In this document: in pieces, positions 57,780 to 64,000 of the stretch
How the letters are laid out: each line of letters opens with the position of its first letter
Position numbering within the stretch: the first letter of the stretch is position 1
From: Pseudomonas aeruginosa PAO1
GTDB taxonomy: Bacteria > Pseudomonadota > Gammaproteobacteria > Pseudomonadales > Pseudomonadaceae
NCBI RefSeq assembly: GCF_000006765.1
Contig: NC_002516.2
Length of the DNA: 64,000 bases
Direction: 5' to 3' (one strand)
Program-made: the position numbers and the translations under genes
The notes under the pieces: model-generated
Told to the model about the DNA's origin: nothing
Databases searched by the model: none
What the model saw: the letters and a program-made list of their open reading frames with translations, nothing else

Positions 57780-60700
57780 AGGGGTGTCTCCAGCGCACCG
57801 TCCGTGCGTACGCCGCGTTTCTGGTTGACCCAGTGGCGCAGGCGGTCGAGATAGAGGTAGACCACCGGGGTGGTGTACAGGGTCAGCAACTGGCTGCCGA
57901 TCAGCCCGCCGACGATGGTGATGCCCAGCGGCCGGCGCAGCGCGGCGTCGCCGCCGATGCCGAAGATCAGCGGCAAGGCGCCGAGCAAGGCGGCCAGGGT
58001 GGTCATCATGATCGGCCGGAAGCGCATCATGCAGGCCTCGAGGATCGCCTCGCGCGGGCTCAGGCCGTGGTTGCGCTCGGCCTCCAGGGCGAAGTCGATC
58101 ATCATGATCGCGTTCTTCTTGACGATGCCGATCAGCAGGATGATGCCGATCAGCGCGATCAGGCTCAGCTCGCTGCGGCAGAGGATCAGCGCGAGCAGCG
58201 CGCCGACCCCGGCCGAAGGCAGGGTCGAGAGGATGGTCAGCGGGTGCACGTAGCTCTCGTAGAGGATGCCGAGGACGATGTACACCGCCAGCAGCGCCAG
58301 GAGGATCAGCCAGGGCATCTGGTTCTGCGTGTCCTGCACCGCGCCGGCGTTGCCCTCGAAGCTGGTCTGCACGTCCACCGGGATGTGCAGCGGCTCCAGG
58401 GCCTGCATGATGGCCTCGCGGGTCGGGCCGATCTGCGCGCCCGGTGCCAGGTTGAAGGACAGCGTGGTGGCGGCGAACTGGCCCTGGTGGTTGACCTCCA
58501 GCGGTGCCCGGCTCGGTTCGTAGTGGCTGAACGCGGACAGCGGCACGCGCTGGCCGTCGTTGCCGATCACCTGGACCTGGCGGAGGATCTCCGGGCTCTG
58601 CTGGTACTGCTGGTCGACCTCCATCACCACCCGGTACTGGTTCAGCGGGTTGAAGATGGTCGACACCTGGCGCTGGCCGAAAGAGTCGTTGAGCACCGCG
58701 TCGACCATTTCCACGTTGATCCCCAGGGTCGCCGCGCGGTCGCGGTCGATCACCAGGCGGGTCTGCACGCCCTTGTCCTGGGAGTCGCTGTTGACGTCCA
58801 CCAGCTGCGGCAGCTTGCGCATCGCCGCCTCGACCTTCGGCGCCCATTCGCGGAGCAGGGTCAGGTCGTCGCTGCGCAGGGTGAATTCGTACTGCGCGTT
58901 GCTGTCGCGGCCGCCCAGGCGCACGTCCTGGCCGGCGTTGAGATAGAGCGCCGCGCCGGGCACCTTGGCGATCCGCTCGCGCAGCCGGGTGAGGACCTTC
59001 TCCACCGGGTCGCGCTCGCCGATCGGCTTGAGAGTGACGAAGAACGAACCGGTGTTGCTCGACTGCCAACGGCCGCCACCGATGAAGCCGACCACGTTTT
59101 CCACCGCCGGATCGGAAGAGAGGATCTTGCGGTACTCGCCCATCTTCGCGCTCAGGGACTGGAACGAGATGCTCTGGTCGGCCACCGCGTAGCCGCGCAG
59201 GCGCCCGGAGTCCTGCTGCGGGAGGAAGCCCTTGGGCACCACCACGAACAACCAGAGGTTCATGGCGATGCAGGCCAGCATGATCACCACCATCAGCCGC
59301 GAGTGCTCCAGCGCCCAGCCCAGGCTGGCGCGGTAGCGCAGCATGAAGGCGGCGAAGAAGCGATCGCTGCGCCGCGCCAGGGAAGCGCCTTCGGGCCGTT
59401 TCAGCGGACGCAGCAGACGCGCGCAGAGCATCGGCGTGAGGGTCAGGGATACCACCAGGGACACCAGGATCGCCGCCGAGAGAGTCACCGCGAACTCGCG
59501 GAACAGCCGTCCGGTGAGGCCACCCATGAGCAGCAGCGGGATGAACACCGCGACCAGCGAGAGCGTCATCGACAGCACGGTGAAACCGACCTGGCGGGCG
59601 CCGGTGATCGCCGCCTGGATCGGCGGATCGCCCTCCTCGATGCGTCGGGCGATGTTCTCCACCACCACTATGGCGTCATCCACCACGAAGCCGGTGGCGA
59701 TGATCAGCGCCATCAGCGACAGGTTGTTCAGGCTGAAGTCGCACAGGTACATGACCGCGAAGGTGCCGATCAGCGAGACCGGCACCGCCAGGCTGGGGAT
59801 CAGCGTGGCGCGGCCGTTGCGCAGGAACAGGAAGACCACCAGGATCACCAGCGCCACCGAGATCAGCAGGGTCAGCTCGGCCTCTTCCAGCGACGCACGG
59901 ATCGACGGGCTGCGATCGTCCATCACGTTCAGCTTGACCTGCGGCCCGAGCAGTTCCTGCAACACCGGCAGTTGCGCGTGGATGGCGTCGGTGGCCTCGA
60001 TGATGTTGGCGCCGGGCTGGCGGGTGACGATTAGCAGCACAGCCGGCAGGTCGTCGGAAAAGCCGGCGTTGCGCACGTCCTCCACCGAGTCGCTGACCTT
60101 GGCCACGTCGCCGAGGCGCACCGCGGCGCCGTTGTCGGCGTTGTAGTGGATCACCAGCGGCTCGTACTCGCGGGCCTTGCGCAACTGGTCGTTGGCGTCC
60201 ACCTGCCAGTGCTTGTCGTCCTTCTCGACGGCGCCCTTGGGGCCGTTGCTGTTGGCCGCGGCGATGGCCGTGCGCACGCTGTCCAGGGACAGCCCGTACT
60301 GGCTCATGGCATCCGGGTTGAGGTCGACCCGCACCGCCGGCAGCGAGCTGCCGCCGATGCTCACCTGCCCTACCCCCTGCACCTGCGACAGCTTGGGCGC
60401 CAGCACGGTCGAGGCGAGGTCGTACATCTCGCCGCGACTCTGGGTCTCCGAGGTCAGGGTGAGGACCATGATCGGCATGTCCGAGGGGTTGGCCTTGCGG
60501 TAGCTGGGATTGTTCGGCATACCGCTGGGCAGCAGGCTCATCGCGCCGTTGATCGCCGCCTGCACCTCGCGGGCGGCGCCGTCGATGTCCTTCTCCAGGT
60601 CGAACACGAGCACCACGGTGGTCGAGCCCAGCGAACTGCTGGAGGTCATCTCGCTGATCCCGGCGATCCGTCCCAGCGAGCGCTCCAGCGGCGTGGCCAC

Positions 60701-60886
60701 CGACGAGGCCATGGTTTCCGGGCTGGCGCCCGGCAGGCTGGCGCTGACCACGATGGCCGGAAAATCGACGTTGGGCAGCGGCGCCACCGGCAGCAGGCCG
60801 AACGACAGGGTGCCGGCCAGCAGCAACGCCAGGGTCAGCAGCGTGGTGGCGACCGGGCGGCGGATGAAGGGCGTGGACAGACTCAT
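57776..60886 (-). CDS. muxC: RND transporter MuxC (MdtC-like); PA2526
   Basis: [44 protein letters not shown]. Confidence 0.95.
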   Translation of the reverse strand: MSLSTPFIRRPVATTLLTLALLLAGTLSFGLLPVAPLPNVDFPAIVVSASLPGASPETMASSVATPLERSLGRIAGISEMTSSSSLGSTTVVLVFDLEKDIDGAAREVQAAINGAMSLLPSGMPNNPSYRKANPSDMPIMVLTLTSETQSRGEMYDLASTVLAPKLSQVQGVGQVSIGGSSLPAVRVDLNPDAMSQYGLSLDSVRTAIAAANSNGPKGAVEKDDKHWQVDANDQLRKAREYEPLVIHYNADNGAAVRLGDVAKVSDSVEDVRNAGFSDDLPAVLLIVTRQPGANIIEATDAIHAQLPVLQELLGPQVKLNVMDDRSPSIRASLEEAELTLLISVALVILVVFLFLRNGRATLIPSLAVPVSLIGTFAVMYLCDFSLNNLSLMALIIATGFVVDDAIVVVENIARRIEEGDPPIQAAITGARQVGFTVLSMTLSLVAVFIPLLLMGGLTGRLFREFAVTLSAAILVSLVVSLTLTPMLCARLLRPLKRPEGASLARRSDRFFAAFMLRYRASLGWALEHSRLMVVIMLACIAMNLWLFVVVPKGFLPQQDSGRLRGYAVADQSISFQSLSAKMGEYRKILSSDPAVENVVGFIGGGRWQSSNTGSFFVTLKPIGERDPVEKVLTRLRERIAKVPGAALYLNAGQDVRLGGRDSNAQYEFTLRSDDLTLLREWAPKVEAAMRKLPQLVDVNSDSQDKGVQTRLVIDRDRAATLGINVEMVDAVLNDSFGQRQVSTIFNPLNQYRVVMEVDQQYQQSPEILRQVQVIGNDGQRVPLSAFSHYEPSRAPLEVNHQGQFAATTLSFNLAPGAQIGPTREAIMQALEPLHIPVDVQTSFEGNAGAVQDTQNQMPWLILLALLAVYIVLGILYESYVHPLTILSTLPSAGVGALLALILCRSELSLIALIGIILLIGIVKKNAIMMIDFALEAERNHGLSPREAILEACMMRFRPIMMTTLAALLGALPLIFGIGGDAALRRPLGITIVGGLIGSQLLTLYTTPVVYLYLDRLRHWVNQKRGVRTDGALETPL

Positions 60887-63800
60887 CGCCCGGCGTCCCC
60901 GTCGAACCCGGCCTCGGTGTTCAGGTCCAGCCCGCGCTGCTTGCGCCAGGCCGCCCAGCGACGGGCCAGGCGGTCGAAGTAGAGATAGATCACCGGGGTG
61001 GTGAACAGGGTCAGGACCTGGCTCAGCAGCAGGCCACCGACCATGGTGATGCCCAGCGGCTGGCGCAGCTCGGCGCCGGCGCCGCCGGCGAGCATCAGCG
61101 GCAGCGCGCCGAGCAGCGCGGCCATGGTGGTCATCAGGATCGGCCGGAAGCGCAGCAGGCAGGCCTGGTAGATCGCCTCATGGGGCGGCTTGCCTTCGTT
61201 GCGCTCGGCGTCGAGGGCGAAATCGATCATCATGATCGCGTTCTTCTTGACGATGCCGATCAGCAGGATGATGCCGATGATCGCCACGATGCCGATCTCC
61301 TGCCCCGCCAGCATCAGCGCCAGCAGCGCGCCGACCCCGGCCGAGGGCAGGGTCGAGAGGATGGTCACCGGATGGATGAAGCTCTCGTAGAGGATGCCCA
61401 GGACGATGTACATGGTCACCACCGAGGCGAGGATCAGCAGCAGCGTGTTCGACAGCGAGGCCTCGAAGGCCAGCGCCGCGCCGCGGAAGCTGCCCTGCAT
61501 GCTCAGCGGCAGCTCCAGGCTGGCCTCGACGCCACGGATCGCCTCGACCGCCTCGCCCAGGGAGTAACCCTTGGCCAGGTTGAACGACAGGGTCGCCGAG
61601 GGGAACTGGGCGATATGGTTGATCGCCAGCAGGGTATGCCGCTCCTCCACCTTCGCCAGGCTCGACAGGCGCACCTGGGTGCCGTCGCTGGACGGCACGT
61701 AGAGCTGCTCCAGGGCCTGCGGGCCGAGCTGGAACTGCGGCGCCACCTCCAGCACCACGCGGTACTGGGTGGCCTGGGTGAAGATGGTCGAGATCAGCCG
61801 CTGGCCGAAGGCGTTGTAGAGCACGCTGTCGATGTCGGAGAGCTTCACGCCGAGGCGCGAGGCGGTGTCGCGGTCGATGTTCAGGTAGGCCTGCAAGCCC
61901 TTGTCCTGCCAGTCGCTGGCGACGTCGGCGAGCTGCGGCAACTCCTGCAGCCGCGCCACCAGCTTCGGCACCCACTCGGCGAGCACGTCCGGGTCGGCGT
62001 CCTGCAAGGTGAACTGGTACTGGGTGCGGGCGACCCGGTCCTCGATGGTCAGGTCCTGCACCGGCTGCATGTACAGCTTGATCCCGGGCAGGTGGTCGAG
62101 TTCGGGCTGCAGGCGCTGGATCACTTCGCTGGCGGTGACGTCGCGCTCGCTGTGCGGCTTGAGGTTGATCAGCAGGCGGCCGGTGTTGAGGGTCGGGTTG
62201 CTGCCGTCGACGCCGATGTAGGAGGACAGGCTGGCCACCGCCGGGTCCTTCAGCACCACCTCGGCAAGGGCGCGCTGGCGCTCGGACATGGCCTGGAAGG
62301 AGATCGACTGCGGCGCTTCGGCGACGCCCTGGATCACCCCGGTGTCCTGCACCGGGAAGAAGCCCTTGGGCATGGCCAGGTAGAGTAGCGCGGTCAGCGC
62401 CAGGGTGGCGATGGCCACCAGCAGGGTCAGCGGCTGGTGCCGCAGGACCACCCGCAGGGCCTTGGCGTACTGTGCGATCAGGCCATCGATGACCCGCCCC
62501 GCGGCGCGCGCGAAGCGGCCCTGCTGGTCCTCGTCGATGTGGCGCAGCAGCTTGGCGCTGAGCATCGGCGTAAGGGTCAGGGAGACGAAGCCGGAAATCA
62601 GGATCGCCACCGCCAGGGTGATGGCGAACTCGCGGAACAGCCGCCCGGCGACGTCGCCCATGAACAGCAGCGGGATCAGCACGGCGATCAGCGAGAAAGT
62701 CAGCGAGATGATGGTGAAGCCGATCTGCTTCGAGCCCTTGAGCGCCGCTTCCAGCGGCGAGTCGCCCTGCTCCAGGTAGCGGGCGATGTTCTCCACCATG
62801 ACGATCGCGTCGTCGACCACGAAGCCGGTGGCGATGGTCAGCGCCATCAGGGTCAGGTTGTTGATCGAGAAGCCGGACAGGTACATCACGCCGAAGGTAC
62901 CGATCAGCGACAGCGGCACGGCGAAGCTGGGAATCAGGGTGGCGTAGACGTTGCGCAGGAACAGGAAGGTGACCATCACCACCAGCGCCACCGCCAGCGC
63001 CAGCTCGAACTGCACGTCCTTGACCGAGGCGCGGATGGTGGTGGTGCGGTCGGTCAGCACCTGCACGTCGAGATTGCCCGGCAGGGTCGATTGCAGCTGC
63101 GGCAGCAGCGCCTTGATCCGGTCGACCACCTCGATCACGTTGGCCCCCGGCTGGCGCTGGATGTTCAGCACCACCGCCGGCAGGTTGTTGGCCCAGGCGG
63201 CCAGGCGCACGTTCTCGGCGTCGTCCTCGACGCTGGCGACGTCGCGGATGCGCAGCGGCGAGCCGTTCTTGTAGGCGATGATCAGGTCGCGGTAGGCGTC
63301 GGCCGAGCGCAACTGGTCGTTGGCGTCCAGGGTCGAGGCACGGGTCGGGCCGTCGAAGCTGCCCTTGGGGCCGTTGAGGTTGTTGCTGGTCACCGTGCTG
63401 CGCAGGTCCTCCAGGCTCAGCCCCGCCGCCGCCAGCGCCGTCGGGTTGGCGCGCACCCGCACCGCCGGGCGCTGGCCGCCGCTGATGCTGACCAGGCCGA
63501 CCCCGGAGATCTGCGAGATCTTCTGTGCCAGGCGGGTATCCACCAGGTCCTGGATCTGCGGCAGCGGCATGCCGTCGGACATCACCGCCAGGGTCAGGAT
63601 CGGTGCGTCCGCCGGATTCACCTTGCTGAACACCGGCTGGTTCGGCAGGTCGTTGGGCAGCAGGCTCTGCGCGGCGTTGATCGCCGCCTGGACTTCCTGC
63701 TCGGCGACATCGAGGTTGCTCTGCAGGCTGAATTGCAGGGTGATCACCGAGGCGCCGCCGGAACTGCTGGAAGACATCTCGTTGAGCCCCGGAATCTGCC

Positions 63801-64000
63801 CGAGCTGGTTCTCCAGCGGCGCGGTGATCGACGAGGTCATGATCTCCGGGCTGGCGCCGGGGTACAGGGTGACCACCTGGATGGTCGGGTAGTCCACTTC
63901 CGGCAACGCCGAGATCGGCAGGAAGCGGTAGGCGATCAGGCCCGAGAGCAGGATCGCCACCATCAGCAGGGTGGTCGCGACCGGCCGCAGGATGAACGGG
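60883..64000 (-). CDS. muxB: RND transporter MuxB (MdtB-like), start lies just beyond the window; PA2527
   Basis: Frame open to the edge ([18 protein letters not shown]); [36 protein letters not shown]. Confidence 0.95.
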   Translation of the reverse strand, partial: PFILRPVATTLLMVAILLSGLIAYRFLPISALPEVDYPTIQVVTLYPGASPEIMTSSITAPLENQLGQIPGLNEMSSSSSGGASVITLQFSLQSNLDVAEQEVQAAINAAQSLLPNDLPNQPVFSKVNPADAPILTLAVMSDGMPLPQIQDLVDTRLAQKISQISGVGLVSISGGQRPAVRVRANPTALAAAGLSLEDLRSTVTSNNLNGPKGSFDGPTRASTLDANDQLRSADAYRDLIIAYKNGSPLRIRDVASVEDDAENVRLAAWANNLPAVVLNIQRQPGANVIEVVDRIKALLPQLQSTLPGNLDVQVLTDRTTTIRASVKDVQFELALAVALVVMVTFLFLRNVYATLIPSFAVPLSLIGTFGVMYLSGFSINNLTLMALTIATGFVVDDAIVMVENIARYLEQGDSPLEAALKGSKQIGFTIISLTFSLIAVLIPLLFMGDVAGRLFREFAITLAVAILISGFVSLTLTPMLSAKLLRHIDEDQQGRFARAAGRVIDGLIAQYAKALRVVLRHQPLTLLVAIATLALTALLYLAMPKGFFPVQDTGVIQGVAEAPQSISFQAMSERQRALAEVVLKDPAVASLSSYIGVDGSNPTLNTGRLLINLKPHSERDVTASEVIQRLQPELDHLPGIKLYMQPVQDLTIEDRVARTQYQFTLQDADPDVLAEWVPKLVARLQELPQLADVASDWQDKGLQAYLNIDRDTASRLGVKLSDIDSVLYNAFGQRLISTIFTQATQYRVVLEVAPQFQLGPQALEQLYVPSSDGTQVRLSSLAKVEERHTLLAINHIAQFPSATLSFNLAKGYSLGEAVEAIRGVEASLELPLSMQGSFRGAALAFEASLSNTLLLILASVVTMYIVLGILYESFIHPVTILSTLPSAGVGALLALMLAGQEIGIVAIIGIILLIGIVKKNAIMMIDFALDAERNEGKPPHEAIYQACLLRFRPILMTTMAALLGALPLMLAGGAGAELRQPLGITMVGGLLLSQVLTLFTTPVIYLYFDRLARRWAAWRKQRGLDLNTEAGFDGDAGR

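Overview
Pseudomonas aeruginosa chromosome, very GC-rich. Gene order, the 8-bp mexT duplication and MexS Asp249 point to the PAO1 reference lineage, about PA2472-PA2527 (locus tags and gene names are from recall, not from a search). In order: 3' end of the gentisate operon (MFS, maleylpyruvate isomerase, outer-membrane barrel); orphan P450; dsbDEG with the divergent dsbRS two-component system; a diheme cytochrome pair that reads as thiosulfate dehydrogenase tsdBA; LLM monooxygenase/TetR; ptrC locus; two AraC genes and a cupin; mexS, frameshifted mexT, mexEF-oprN; DinB and LysR-ankyrin-deaminase-MFS module; an Anr-type microprotein; LRR-kinase, SUKH-ankyrin and DUF2185-like genes; opdT porin; catABC-catR, antR-antABC, xylXYZL-xylS; czcCBA-czcRS; and muxB(partial)-muxC-opmB. 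I found no mobile element, tRNA/rRNA or CRISPR array. The main leads are a dsb-type promoter repeated 26 kb away in front of a small secreted protein, with a CzcR-like box beside it; a probably unannotated 39-aa peptide behind a MexT box; an 84-aa two-helix membrane ORF after opmB; the tsdBA assignment; and the kinase/orphan-immunity gene trio.
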